Positions 11,165 to 23,687 of a stretch of DNA of 64,000 bases are shown here, one piece after another. The number at the start of each line of letters is the position of its first letter. Positions within the stretch are counted from its first letter, which is position 1. The notes under the pieces were generated by a model, which was not told the DNA's origin, ran no database searches, and was given only the letters and a program-made list of their open reading frames with translations. The stretch spans positions 496,001 to 560,000 of the forward strand of contig OZ237761.1 of NCBI GenBank assembly GCA_965178125.1, written 5' to 3'. A program made the position numbers and the translations under genes. The DNA comes from Bilabrum cf. latius (taxonomy: Eukaryota).

Positions 11165-13258
11165 ATGGCAGCAGCAGGTGGTGCGAGCAGTGGTAGCAGC
11201 GGCGGAAGTATTGATAGCACAAAAGGTCTGGGCGATCATGCTAGCTGGATGAAAGACGGCGAGAAAGAGCTTGCAAAGCTGCTTCTTGAGCTGGACCAGG
11301 GCCACCTGTTCCAGTACTGGGCGGAAGGCGCCGACGAGGACAAGAAGCACGCTTTCTTTGAGCATGTTAGATTATATTGTGGTAGTTCTTGCCTGTGTGA
11401 CGCGGACAGCTCGGAGTTTGCTTGTCCGTGCGTGATTTGTGCGTGACGCGTACCCTGTCGAACAGTCAGCAGATCCACTGTGCTACCGGCCAATCCGCAT
11501 TTGTTTGGTTCGCGGGTCTACCCATTGTACCAAAGTCCAACCATTCGATGTCGACTGACCTCGCAGATCCAGAAACTGGAGAAGAATTACCCCGGCGGCT
11601 TGAAGGCGTACGTATCCAACGCAAAAGAGCTGCTCGCCTCTAGCAAGGCCGGCGATAACCCGTTCGAGGGCATGAAGCCTAGCGTGCCAGAGGGAGAAAA
11701 GCTATCGTTCGGCAGTGACGACTTCGTCGCTGCGGAGCAGGCAGGCCTGAAGGCATTCCGCGATGCCGCCATGGTGCTGGTGGCTGGCGGGCTGGGCGAG
11801 CGCCTGGGCTACGACGGCATCAAGGTGTCTCTGCCCACCGAGAGCGTGACCGAAACCAGCTACATGGAGCTGTACTGCAAGCAGATCCTCGCTCGGCAGG
11901 AGGCGAGCAACAAGCTGGCGGGCGGGCCCCCCAAGCAAGTGCCACTCGCCATCATGACATCGGACGACACCAACGCGAGGACGCAGGCGCTCTTTTAGGC
12001 ACACCAGAACTTTGGAATGGAAGACGGGCAGGTCATCATCATGAAGCAGGAGAAGGTGGCGGCGCTCATGGACAACGAGGCGCACATCGCGCCCATGGAC
12101 GGGAACCCCTACGCCATCCAGACCAAGCCGCACGGGCACGGCGACGTGCACCAGCTCCTTGCGCAGACGGGCCTGGCCAAGAAATGGGCCGAGGAGGGCC
12201 GCACGCACGTGATCTTCTTCCAAGACACGAACGCCCTCTGCTTCCTCGTGTCCGTGGCTGCACTTGGGGTGAGCATCGACCGCAAGTTCGAGGTCAACTC
12301 GGTCGCTGTTCCCCGCAAAGCCAAGGATGCGGTGGGTGCGATCACCAAGTTGGAAAAGGAGGACGGCACCTCTCTCACCATTAACGTCGAGTATAACCAG
12401 CTGGAGCCCATGCTGAAGGCTTCAGGGTATCCCGATGGTGACGTGAACGATGACACGGGCTACAGCCCCTACCCAGGGAACATCAACCAGCTTGTGTTCT
12501 CCATCCCTGAGTACGCCAAGGTGCTCGAGCGGACGGGCGGGCTGGTCCCCGAGTTCGTCAACCCCAAGTACGCGGACGAGGAGAAGACCAAGTTCAAGAA
12601 GCCCACGAGGCTCGAGTGCATGATGCAGGACCACCCCAGGTCTGTCGGGCCCGACGCGCTGGTGGGCTTCACGCAGTTCGACGACTGGACCTACAGCCCG
12701 GTGAAGAACTCTATCGAGGAGGCCGTGAAGAAGTTCAAGGCCGGCGTGCCCGGGCGGTGTGCCTCCGAGGGCGAGTTCGAGGTGTTCGAGTCGTACGCCA
12801 GGCAGTTCCGCATGCTCGGAGCTGACGTGGCGGAGCCCAGCGGGTTTGATGTGCACGGCATGGCGGTGCAGAGGGGCCCACGAGTGGTGGTCGCCCCTCG
12901 CGTGTCTCCTGACTTCTCCACGCTCAAGGGGGTGCTCGCCAACCCCGACAAGATCAAGGTATCTGCCAAGAGCACTCTGGTGCTGGACGCCACCGAGGTG
13001 GTGGTGGAGGGTCTCGAGCTGGACGGTGTGCTGGTGGTCAAAGGCGACCCGGGAGTGAAGGTCGTTTTGAGGGACGTGAAGGTGGCCGATGGCGAGTGGA
13101 AAGAGGAGAGGCTTGAAGACCTCGAGGACAAGGGGGAGGGCGAGCCGGACTGGGTCAAGATCAGGGGGTTCAAGCTCAAGCGGGAGGGCGGGGTAGTGGT
13201 CAAAGTGGCGGGGTCCCCCGGGGAGGAGGTGGTGCTTACGGGGGAACTCACAGCGTGA
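11165..13258 (+). CDS. USP: UDP-sugar pyrophosphorylase
   Basis: Exon 1 11165-11365, intron 11366-11566 (GT...CTGAC...CAG), exon 2 to TGA 13258. Motifs [64 protein letters not shown]. In-frame TAG at 11996-11998 inside the catalytic domain. Confidence 0.93.
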
Positions 13259-13530
13259 TGCAGTGGTGAGCCGCGGCGCTCGGCTGGCTCCAATTCGCAG
13301 CTGTGGCATGGAAACGCTTGGCTTGCCTTGGCTTGGCGCTGATCTAGATCTAGTGCTTCTCTTGCTGTAACTGCTGTTGGCCATGACTCATGCCTCAGCT
13401 TCCTGCACAGCTCAGCCTTCATGGTACATACTCATTTGACGGGCTGCTTCCCCTCGAGGTATCCAAGTTGCGTGCCAATCCGGTATTGCAGCGTCGCACT
13501 GCAGCCAGACGCGCACTACGCAAGATAAAA

Positions 13531-14670
13531 ATGCGATCCCTCTTGGTCCGTATGGCTGCAGCTGCATTGTTGGCGCAATGTAATGCGCTTGTGAGCATTA
13601 ATGCATCGCTGGCTACCCTGCCAGTGGTGTATTTCGGTGGCAATAATGCATCGCGTCCTGACGAGAACATTGCAATGCTGGCCAAGATGCGCGCCGTGAT
13701 GATCGAGAAATGGGAAGGGCCTTGCTGGAATGAATGTATTCACAACAATACGCTCGGAGCTCCTTGCGATCCTGCTTGCGGAGGCGAGTCGTACATGCTC
13801 GATACGCTGAAGCGCGTGAAGCGTGCCAACCCTGCCGTATCGACGGGTTATTATCAAAACTCCCTTTTCGATTGGAAATTCCAAGCCCTCGAGAGCAAGT
13901 TTGAGGCCCAAGACCTCAACCAGAGGTCTTTGAACGGGACTGAGATCGGTATGGAGAACGACAACGGAATGATTGGGGTACCCGTGTTCGCGCATAGTAA
14001 AACGGCGTCAGTAGACATGTGGCTGGACTGGCACAAGCAGCTGGTAAGCACTGGCATTGTGGACGGCACCTTCATGGACAAACCTGACGTGTTTGCGTTC
14101 AAGAACGGGAGTGTGTGGAACCTGTGCGAGTGCGCGACTGGGCCGTGCCACCACTCATGGAGACAGGCCTGCGGCGAGATCTCGGCCGAGGTCGGCGAAG
14201 CCTACAACGCGGGAAAGCGGCGGCTGCTCATCGAGATTTAGAACATCTACCGCCCGCTCGGCGGCTTCATCGCCGCCTCGGTGAACGGGTCCGCGAGGTA
14301 CATTTTCGGCGCGGAGCGGCTGCCCACCAAGGACCTTATCGGGCAGATGCAGGAGATCAAGACGGACCCCAGCCTGGACTACATCTGGATGCCGGTGCGG
14401 GACCAGAAAACCGACTGGGACCCTCAAGACCTGCAGGGCAGCTGCTCGGAGGACTTCGTCGCAAAGTTCCTGGTCGTGGTGGAGGAGGGCGGTCTCCTCG
14501 GCTGCAATGGGTGGCAGGACGAGTACGGCAACCCGCTGGGCAATCCCAAGGGGCCGGCCACCTAGGTGGGGGACGTGTACACGCGCACGTTCGAGAGCGG
14601 CACGGTGGCTGTGTACAACGACAAAACCAGAAAGGGGAGCGTAAGGTGGGGCCCAGGCAGCACTGTTTGA
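13531..14670 (+). CDS. Secreted putative glycoside hydrolase (GHL15-like TIM-barrel family, tentative)
   Basis: Signal peptide MRSLLVRMAAAALLAQCNA; VMIEKWEG, VKRANPAVSTGYY, VDGTFMD, C-terminal PLGNPKGPAT*VGDVYTRTFESG. In-frame TAGs at 14239 and 14563; TGA at 14668-14670. Family assignment is from recall. Confidence 0.6.
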
Positions 14671-14785
14671 TACCGTCAGGGCATGCACCGCCAGCAGCAG
14701 CTGGGGATGCTTGCGCCTTGACACAGACCTTCAAAACAACTAGCTTCGATATGAAAATACCGAAGCAGTGCATGCTAAGTATGAC

Positions 14786-17215
14786 TCAGCTGCTCTACTT
14801 CTGCAGCCCCATCACGTCCCCAGGCCCCAGCTTGCCGCCATGCTCCTGAAGCACACGCACGCACCCATCGTGCCCGCCCACTACAGCAGCCAGCATTGGC
14901 GACCCCATCGCCCCCCCACTCACATCGCCCATGCGCTCCAGCCCGCCTGCCAGCTTGCCCAGCCTCAGCCGCTTGTCCAGCTCCATGGGCCGCCCGTGCT
15001 TGGCCGCGTTGAACACCATGGCCGCGTCTCGCTGGGCCTCCACGGCCCTCCTGAATCGGGCGAGGTGCCACGCCCTTTGGCTGTACTGCTGGATGAGCCG
15101 GATGGTGCGGTTGTACCGGTCAGTAGACACATTGGCTGCCGTGATCTCTCTGGGCACTTGGGCGGGCGTGCGACCGCTGTTGCTGTAGTCCTTACTGGCT
15201 GGGTTGGCGCCAGCCTCGAGCAGCAGCTTGGCGCACTCGTACTGTCCACTGGCGGCGGCGATGTGGAGCAGACGGTCGAGGTCTCCGATTCCATCATCCG
15301 AGGCATACTCATCGTCATCCCAATCGTCGGGAGGAGCATCATGAGCCAGCAGCATGCGCACGAACTCGGCATTGCCCTTGGTAATGGCCTTGTCTAGGAA
15401 CTCCATCACGTCCCACCTTGACAGCTTCCCGGCGTCCATCAAGACCTGCAGCATCGCAGTATTGCCTTCGTCCATCATTTCGTCGATCGCGTCCTCCATC
15501 TCGTCCCAGCAGAAGTATGCCTCTTGGTCCTTCTCGAGCAGCAGTCGAAGGCACTCTGCATGCTGGCCTTGTAAAGCCACTTCTGCAGGCGAGATATCCC
15601 CATAATCTAGTGCGCAGCAGTCCGCGCCTGCATCCAGCAAGGCCCGCACGCAGTCCGCATGGCCATGTTCGCTTGCGAGGTGCAGTGGGGTACTGCCGAA
15701 CCAGTTCCCCTCATCTACCTTGCTGACGAGCTTGAGGAGCAGCTGCAGGCAGCTGATTTGACCAGCCTTCGCCGCGATGTGGAGAAGGTTCTCATACTTT
15801 GGCTCTGAGCCACGACGATACCAAACCATTGCATCGGGAGGTACTCCATCATCTAGCAGCAGCTGCAAGCACTCGGCATGCCCGTTCTTTATGGCTGTCT
15901 TGGCAAGCCAAGGCTTCTAGTCGTCCTCATCCTCATCCTCGTCCTCGTCCGTATCCACGTGTTCAATTGCATCGAGCATGACACGCATGCAACCACTATG
16001 GCCAAAGCGAGCGGCTACATACAGCGGACTGCCTCGATATAGTCGGCGTGTACCCGTGGGGCTGATCCCCGACTCCAGCAGCATGGTCACTGCGGGCAGC
16101 CACCCATGCTTAGCAGCTGCGTGCATGATACTCGGCCCGTCCTAGCAGCGAGCACGCAGATCAGCGCCGGCCTCGATCAGCCGCCTGAATGCGAACTCAT
16201 TCTTCTCGTTCAGAGCGAGCTCCAGTGGTGACACCATCCTGTTGCACTGAATGTTCAAGCCCACCCTGGGCTGGGCCAACAGGAGCTCGACCGCCGCATT
16301 CCTCGATGCACGGATGGCACGGTGCAAAGGGGATTCCCCTTGGCGGTCTTGGGCGTTCAGGTCAGCGTTCGCATCGATGAGCACCTGCATGATTGGTATG
16401 TACTATCTGCATGCTGCCTCATGTAAAGGGGTACTCCCCGTGCATTCCTTTGCACCAACATCAGCGCCTCGCTCGACCATGGCTGCGAACACACGTCCAG
16501 CCTAATCCATGTCTGCGCCGTTGTCCAGGCACCATATCATCCTGTTCAGCACGGAAGACGCGCCGCACCCTGGAGTATTGATGTCGACTCCATGGCTCAG
16601 TAGCGCATCGATCATCGCAGTCCATGCTGTGCTGCACCACCAGGTGGAGTTGATGGCGGCGGTAAGCGGGCAGAGGTGCCCGCTCGCACCTGGATCTGGA
16701 GGACACAGATCTGCCCCGGCCTTGAGCAGTGCACACACTACATCGGCATGGCCATTGCCAATAGCCAAGTACAAGGGAGGCCTAGACTAGTGACCACGGC
16801 GTCCCTTCTCGACGTCAGCGCCAGCCGCAAGAAGTGCTCGCACACAGGCCGTGTTCCCGCACACAGCAGCGAAGCATAGCGGGGAGATACCATGCTTGCT
16901 CTCGGCATCTATGTGCGCACCAGCATCAATGAGGGCCACAACAGCACCTTCAATGCCCAACACGGCGGCGAAGTGGAGCGCTGTAACTTGTTCGAATGGC
17001 AAGGCTGCTCGGTATTGAGTTGCATACCTTCCTAGTACTGCTCTTGCGCGCCGGAAAGCCAATTGGATTGCATTATTGCGAGCATCACAGGAATGGTAGG
17101 TGGCGTTTGGGTCCTCCATTCCTGCATGAAGCACTGATTGCAGTTTGTCGACTGCACCGTCGAGTGTGCTCTGTATCACCCGAGAATCGCGTCTGTGCCT
17201 GCTAGTAGCAGACAT
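14786..17215 (-). CDS. Ankyrin-repeat protein (~809 aa)
   Basis: Five same-frame ORF pieces are joined by TAGs at 16787, 16502, 16403, 16142 and 15917. A further TAG at 14795 precedes TGA at 14786. Many repeats: TALHFAA, SPLCFAA, PPLYLAI, STPLHEAA, ESPLHRAI, STPLHLAS. Confidence 0.85.
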
Positions 17216-17588
17216 AGCAGTAATGGCAAATATTCAGAAATAAAGATGCACTGCCTTGTTGCGTGAATTGACTTGACTTGCCCGTGCGGTAAATGGAGGA
17301 GCAGGGTGTCTGCGTAGGAAACCGGAACATTCAAGTTGTCAGCCATGAAGCAGTTGCTCGGAAGCCCACACGTGTCATAGACTGGAAACAAGCAGCTGCA
17401 GGAAAACAGACCAATATTGTGCGGCAGTTGGCGCTGATGCGAAAAGGTTATGCTGAAGCTTCGCATAGCGACATGAGGACTTGCAAGCGGTCACGCCGAG
17501 TCGAGGCCCCATCACATGGTCTGTAAATCAAAGCTCTTTGACCTGATCTACGAAACAAAGCACCTGCCCGAGCAAACTCAGAGTCCTA

Positions 17589-18420
17589 TCATGTCACGAG
17601 CTGCTGCAGCCCCATCACGTCCCCAGGCCCCAGCTTGCCGCCATGCTACTGAAGCACACGCACGCACCCATCGTGCCCGCCACAACAGCAGCCAGCAGAG
17701 GCGACCCCGTCGCCCCCTGCACCGTTCATCCAGTATCCAGAGCCCGCCGCTACTAGAGCAGGATCAGTTGCTTGGAGCAGGACATGCAGGCAGTCGGTTA
17801 TGACCTACCTTGAGACAGAGGTGCAGCGTGCTTTGGCCGACTTCAAGGGAAAAGCAGCAAGTTGAGGCCAGCAAGCCAGCCGGGTCGCACAGCGTAGTGC
17901 AAAGGTACCGCCGACGTTTGGTTGCAACAAGCACCGCGCGTCCAAGCCTGGATCCGTCTTTATGCCCATTGCGACGGTGATTTCGTGCAACACGGATCGC
18001 GTTGATCTACCGACCGCGTCTATGCTTGCCCCGTGGTCTAGCAATGGGCTGAGGAGCCGCATGAAGGCATCGTGAATTGACGACAGCGTGCAGCGCTGAA
18101 TTCCACGTACGACTGGGGACATCACGCATGCGCCCGCCATAAGTAGCAAACGAACAATGTCTACATCACGAACGAGGATGGCTGCATCCGAGGGGCATCG
18201 AGCTTGGTTTCCAGGTGATACTTCAGAGGACGCCCTAGCGGGAAGGGGCGCCCGCACGCATCCATTATTCCAGCGCACAGCTGCGTAGTACAAATGTGCC
18301 AGTTCATCCTATGATTGGGTATCTTGTCGCGAGAATGCCGATATACTGCACTCGCAGCCAAACACGGCAGCGAAATGTAGCTATTGCAGTGCCACTGCTT
18401 CGAATGGGCAAGTCAACATT
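17589..18420 (-). pseudogene. Degenerate tandem paralogue of the adjacent ankyrin gene
   Basis: 17604-~17716 is nearly identical to 14801-~14913 but has a 1-nt deletion (cccgccacaac vs cccgcccactac). The 5' part PFEAVALQ*LHFAAVFG...LYYAAVRWNNGCVRA resembles LPFEQVTALHFAAVLG...LCFAAVCGNTACVRA. Much shorter than the parent and eroded; 5' limit approximate. Confidence 0.65.
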
Positions 18421-19137
18421 GCATCCCTCGCTATCCCCAAGATATGCACGAAATTGCGAGAATTTTTCTGTGAACGTGTTGCACTCATCCTCCTGCTCCT
18501 CAGAATAATAGCTCTAGTCCTGCTTCACATCGCTAACAGCGAGCCTAGCTCGCATCGTATCTACTATGATACTACCCGAAGGCCACGACAGTCTCAAGCT
18601 CGCCATAATGAAAACAAGTTTATTGATTGATCTTCAATACGGTTGCGTATGCTGCACACGCGCGAGAGAAGTCTTCCCGAGCATGATGAAACCGGAACCG
18701 ATTCAAGAAAAGAGGGAATTGGTCTTCACCGCACCTGGCATCGCAAACTGCTGTTGCTGGTAGTGCTACACGTGTAGCAGCTTCACTAACCACGGGCGAT
18801 CGGTGCTCCATGGCAAGAGTAGGCAGTGCAAAGGCAGGCAAAAGCAATGCTAAGGAAGGCGGTGCAGAATCACCGGCACACCCTCACCACCAGATGTGGG
18901 AGCTATATTCTCTGGTGAGCATGAGGCATTAATTAATATGCCATACGTGATTCGGTGGTCATGTTGCGGCGCGGTGATAGGGAGAGTTGCTGTGTCTTGC
19001 CGCATTTGAGAGACAACTCGAAGCCTAGGAGCCTCATCCATTGCCGAGTCGAGCTAGACTGCGAGCGAGGAAAGTTGTACATCCGCATGCATATCGCGTC
19101 ACAAGTGCCGTGTATTTCTGCCGCCGGTTCTCTTTCC

Positions 19138-20658
19138 ATGCACGTGTTCCCGCTGTCTACCCATGAATCAACGCAGATAGCATTTTGGGCGGCGCTCTTC
19201 TATTTTACCTCCGTGACGGCTGGGATATTCAACAAGCTCATCATTGGTGAATATAAGGTGAACCCCTCCATTCTCACCCTCTTCCACCTGCTCTTCGCGG
19301 TGGTTGCAGATTACCTGTTTTTGCTCATCCAGCACACGACCGGCGGGTGCACCTGCTCCTCCCTGCTGCGAGCAGTGGTGGGAGGCACAACCTCGCCCAG
19401 GGCCTTGGCAGCAGGCCCCGGCCACCAGGGAACATCGGGAAGCGGCTCAACCCCTGCCATGCTGGGAGGCAAGCCGTGGGTGCAGACCCTGCTCGTGTAC
19501 GCACCCATCAGCGCCTTTATCGTGCTGGGCAAGCTGGCGACGTACTTCAGCTACGAGCACGTGTCCATGTCGCTGACACACACGGCAAAGGCTTCAGAAC
19601 CCATCTTTAACGTTGTGCTATCCGCGCTCATCTTTGGCGAGGTGCGCCCGCTGCTGACGTACCTCGCTCTGGTGCCCATCGCCGGGGGCGTGGCTCTAGC
19701 CAGCACCACGGAGATCAGCTACAACCACATCGGGTTCTTCTCGGCGGCACTCAGCGCTATGCTGAAGGTGATGCAGAACATCTACACCAAGCGGGTCATG
19801 GAGAGGCAGCAGTTTTCCTTCTTTCAGATCCATTTCTGGTGCGCGCTGTCCTCCACGCTCACCCTGGCGCCGCTCATCGCCATGCAGCTGGCGGGGTCCG
19901 CGACCAACCCCTTCGCCAACTTCCCTCTGTTCGAGCTGCTCCTATGCAGCGCACTGCAGTACGCGACGAGCATTTCCTCTTACATGGTGCTCTCCCTGGT
20001 CAACCACCTGACGTTCACGATCACCAACTCGATGAAGAGGCTCATCATCATCATCAGCGGGATCATCTACTTCAGGGCGCCGCTTAGAGCAGCAAACATC
20101 GGTGGAATTGCGCTGGCCGTGCTTGGGGTGTTCTGCTACAACTTGAGCAAGATGGGGGAGAAGGGCGGGGGCGCCGCGCAAATCGGTTCCGCAGGCGCCG
20201 TCGGCCCCGGGGCCAAGAAGGGCCGCGTGGTGACGGCCGACGTGGAGAGGGGCGCTGCTGGCGGTGCGCTCATTGGGCACGTGGCGGGACATCCTCGGCT
20301 CATTCGCGCGGCGGGGGCGGAGACTGGTCAGGGGCAGCCGGACAGCGCCCCGCTGATCGGGCGTTCCCTGGTTCCTGGCGGGGGGGACGGTGCTGTCGGT
20401 GACCCCGAGATGGGGGGCGGGTCCGGGGCCGAGGAAGGGGGTGTTGAGGTTGAGATGAAGAGGCAAGGGGGCGCGGTGGCTCGTGCAGTCGCAGTGGGTG
20501 TGGGTGCCAGCGCGACCAGCGCCTCTGCCGCAGCTGGGGTGCAAGGCAGGTCCGTGGGGTTCCGTCCCGACGAGGATATCGATGGGACGGACGCGGATCG
20601 CCAGAGGCACGACTCAAAGTACCTCGGGGATATCTCTAGGATGGACAGCTATGGTTGA
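19138..20658 (+). CDS. Triose-phosphate/nucleotide-sugar transporter family (SLC35E-like)
   Basis: IFNKLII, SYEHVSMSLTHTAKASEPIFNVVLS, LVPIAGGVALAS, QNIYTK, LSLVNHLTFTITNSMKRLIII; ~9-10 hydrophobic segments. Start uncertain (the ORF extends to 18955); ends TGA. Confidence 0.88.
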   Translation: MHVFPLSTHESTQIAFWAALFYFTSVTAGIFNKLIIGEYKVNPSILTLFHLLFAVVADYLFLLIQHTTGGCTCSSLLRAVVGGTTSPRALAAGPGHQGTSGSGSTPAMLGGKPWVQTLLVYAPISAFIVLGKLATYFSYEHVSMSLTHTAKASEPIFNVVLSALIFGEVRPLLTYLALVPIAGGVALASTTEISYNHIGFFSAALSAMLKVMQNIYTKRVMERQQFSFFQIHFWCALSSTLTLAPLIAMQLAGSATNPFANFPLFELLLCSALQYATSISSYMVLSLVNHLTFTITNSMKRLIIIISGIIYFRAPLRAANIGGIALAVLGVFCYNLSKMGEKGGGAAQIGSAGAVGPGAKKGRVVTADVERGAAGGALIGHVAGHPRLIRAAGAETGQGQPDSAPLIGRSLVPGGGDGAVGDPEMGGGSGAEEGGVEVEMKRQGGAVARAVAVGVGASATSASAAAGVQGRSVGFRPDEDIDGTDADRQRHDSKYLGDISRMDSYG

Positions 20659-20822
20659 TGCTTTGGTCTTTAAGTATCACGGGAAGGTGTTGATTGGATT
20701 TTATCTTCATTTTCCTTTTTTGATTGGCGGTCGGTTACAACCGCTTTTCGGGGTCGTCGAAACCGAGAGTGCGCATCACAGCCACGCCCGTGGACAACTC
20801 TGTCCATCCGTTGGTTCGCGAC

Positions 20823-23568
20823 ATGGTAGACTCTGCGATAGTTGGATTATCATGTCTATTTGCGGTGTCATTCATCTGGAATATTGCTATGGTGTATCTC
20901 ATGTGCCGACTGGACCCCGAGCTGCCAAATGGCCTGTCTCGGACTCTCTATGCTATAGTGTGCGGAGACGCGAGCAATCGGCCGAGCGACAAGTATGCTA
21001 TGCGTAAAACTATCGATGATGAGGGTGATGGGGGTGCTGCTGGGCGTGGTCAGGGCCAAGAGTCCAAGGAAGCTCCACCAAGACAGCAGTCTGTTCGAAA
21101 GCACAAGCGCAAGGCAACCCTCCTGACCGTTGACGACGTTCTCAGCACAAACCAGTAGTGGGAGATCGATCCAAACAAGCTCAGGATGAAAAGCATAATT
21201 GGCAAAGGCAACTTTGGGTGAGGCGGCCAGCCTGGCTGCACGCACAACCGATACGTTTGCCCTCTAGTCGATTGCACCACCCACCACGTCTGGTCCATGC
21301 AACGGGTGATAGTTTGAAGCTTTGTTTCGTCTAATTTTGAATTTCTTTCAACTGCAGGGAAGTATGGCTGGCGCTGTGGCTCGGTTCACCCGTTGCTGTG
21401 AAAACTATTCTGGCACGATTGCAGGACAAAGAGAAGCTTGTGGACAGATTTATCCAAGAAATTATTATGATGAGGTAAGTTGACATCAAAGCAACAATAG
21501 CAATCTGACGAATCGCTTGCCTAACGCTCGCACCTGTTGCCATGGAGTCTCGCCACGTCGCAGCGTGCTTCATCACCCGAACGTGGTCTTGTTCCTGGGT
21601 GCATGCACAAAGAAGCCCAATTTGTGTCTCGTGCTGGAATATTGTACACATAGATCCCTGCATCACTTCCTGAAGAACGAGGACAAGCATCACATCCGCA
21701 TCACAATGTCGCACGTGCTCCGCTTCGCGCTTGACATCGCTCGAGGGGTGTACTACCTGCACCGCAAGCAGAGCATCGTGCAGCGCGATCTGAAGGCAAG
21801 AAACATCCTCGTGGATGAGTCCCTCAACGCCAAGGTGGCCGATTTCGGGCTGTCGAGGGTGATCGACGAGGAGGAGGCGAACAAGCTCACGGCCTGCGGG
21901 ACCCCGGCGTGGACCGCTCCAGAGGTGGTGCGCATGGAGCAGTACACGGAGAAAGTGGACGTGTACAGCTTCGGCATCATCATGTGGGAGCTCATCACGC
22001 GCCAGGAACCATACGGCGGCAGGAAGGGCGTGCAGATCGCTTACGCTGCAGCCGAGCAGGGCTTGAGGCCGGACATTCCCTCGTACTGTCCTTAGGACTA
22101 TGCCGACCTCATGCAGGAGTGCTGGCAGGACCAGCCGGACGATCGACCGACCTTCTCCAACATCCTGAAGCGGCTATTTCAGCTGAAGAAGCGAGCGGAC
22201 GCGGTGGCCCAGAACGCCCTGCCCGTCCTCAAGCGCGCATACCAGCAGGCAGAGGCTGCGGCGGCCGCAGAGAATGGCACCGTTGTCAATATCAACGCAA
22301 CCGTGGGGCGGCCGGCCGGACCCCGGGCCAGCGCGGCGACAGGGTCCGCCACGGGGTCGGCAGGGGCTGCTGTATCCTCGGCGACTGGTGGTGCTGCTGC
22401 TGGGGGCTCTGCAGGGGGCGGTGAGGACCTGGAGCTGCCGAGGCCTCCCCCCGGGAGCGTGGGGTCGGCCACGGGAACTGCCGCGGGCCACAGCGGGGGC
22501 TCTGCCTCTGGCTCTGCCACTGGTGGGGCGGGGCAGGTGGGTTTGAGCGACAAGGGCCAGTCGGGCAAGTCATTCGAAGTGCTCCCCACCGCGCAGGAGG
22601 GGCGAGGCATTGGCGATAGGAATGGAAATGGGGATGGAGATGCGGGTGGGTCCGAGACAGATGGCGGGATTGCCCTTGGTGGGTCCTTGCTTTCGTTTGG
22701 AGGGCCCCTCGGATCCACTACCGCCAGCGTAGTAGCAGGAGGAGGAGGGCAGCAGCAGTCGGGGCAGCCGGAAGGCAGCAGCGGCGCCGATGATGTCTCG
22801 CCCGTAATCACGCCCGCGGCCTCCCGCGCGGAGAGCATGCTGGTGCCGGGCACTGGCAGCAGCGATGCCATCCAGGGCCGCAGGCCTGGCCTCACGCGGG
22901 AGAACACATCGAGGGGGGACAGGGAACTCAGGGAACACTTTGGACCTCTTCCGCGGGGCATCGACCGCACCAAGAGCACGAACACGATGTCCAGGTCAGT
23001 GAGCAGCCGGGGTGACTCGGTCAGCAAGCACGGGGGCAGCGGGGGCAAAGACGCCCTTGCGGCCGGCTCTTCGGAAGCAGGCAGGGACGAGGGCGAGGAC
23101 GAGGAGAAGGAGAGAGAGAGGGAGGAGAGGAGGAAGAAGAGAAGGGAGGCGAAGAGGAACGAGGCGTTAGAGGCGGTTCAGTCGGCTCTGGCCCAGGGGG
23201 TGGTGCAGGTGCAGGCGCCCGATGCCGAGGTTGGGTGGGACGGGAGCGTGTCAAGTGATGACGAGGACGAGGACGAGGGCAAGGGCTAGGGCGGGGAAGA
23301 GGAGAGGAGGGTGGGGCGGGCTGGTGCCGGCAGCGGGTCTGCGTAGGCGTGGGATGAAGAGACCGGTGGGGCGGGTGTGGGAGGCGGGGCAGCGGGGGCT
23401 GCGCGTGGTGCTGCTACTTCAGCTTCCGAGTCGGGCGGGGGCCATCGGGGAAGAGATGGTTCGGTCGCTGTCCCAGTTGGATCGCAGCATGGTGCTGGCG
23501 GCCAGCAGGGAGCGAGGCAGAGTTAGGTATAGGGCGATTTCTTGCCTGGCACCGTGCCGATGGGATGA
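20823..23568 (+). CDS. TKL-group protein kinase with N-terminal transmembrane segment
   Basis: Exons 20823-21217, 21358-21474 and 21564-23568 (introns 21218-21357, 21475-21563) give WEIDPNKL..IGKGNFGEV..VAVK..HHPNVVLFLGAC..QRDLKARN..DFG..GTPAWTAPE..DVYSFG. TAGs at 21156, 22093, 23287, 23344, 23524 and 23530; TGA at 23566. Confidence 0.9.
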
Positions 23569-23687
23569 CCCTCAGGATAGTACCGAACTGGATGCTGGTC
23601 TGATGATGTCCGGGTAACCGCACGGTGCGAGTAGCAGGAAAGTTGCCTGTACAATCTGATGGTATACAACTTCAGCTGTTTGATTCT

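Noticed and set aside
11990-12000. In-frame TAGs as 3' splice acceptors (e.g. cttttag)
   Set aside because: Upstream sequence is conserved coding sequence with correct spacing, so no intron fits; nearly all inferred acceptors here are CAG.
17646-17648. TAG aligned to GAG (Glu) of the paralogue, suggesting UAG=Glu
   Set aside because: It lies in a frameshifted pseudogene and is a single G-to-T change, so it is uninformative. Glu is disfavoured by the PIP-box and roadblock columns but not formally excluded without genome-wide data.
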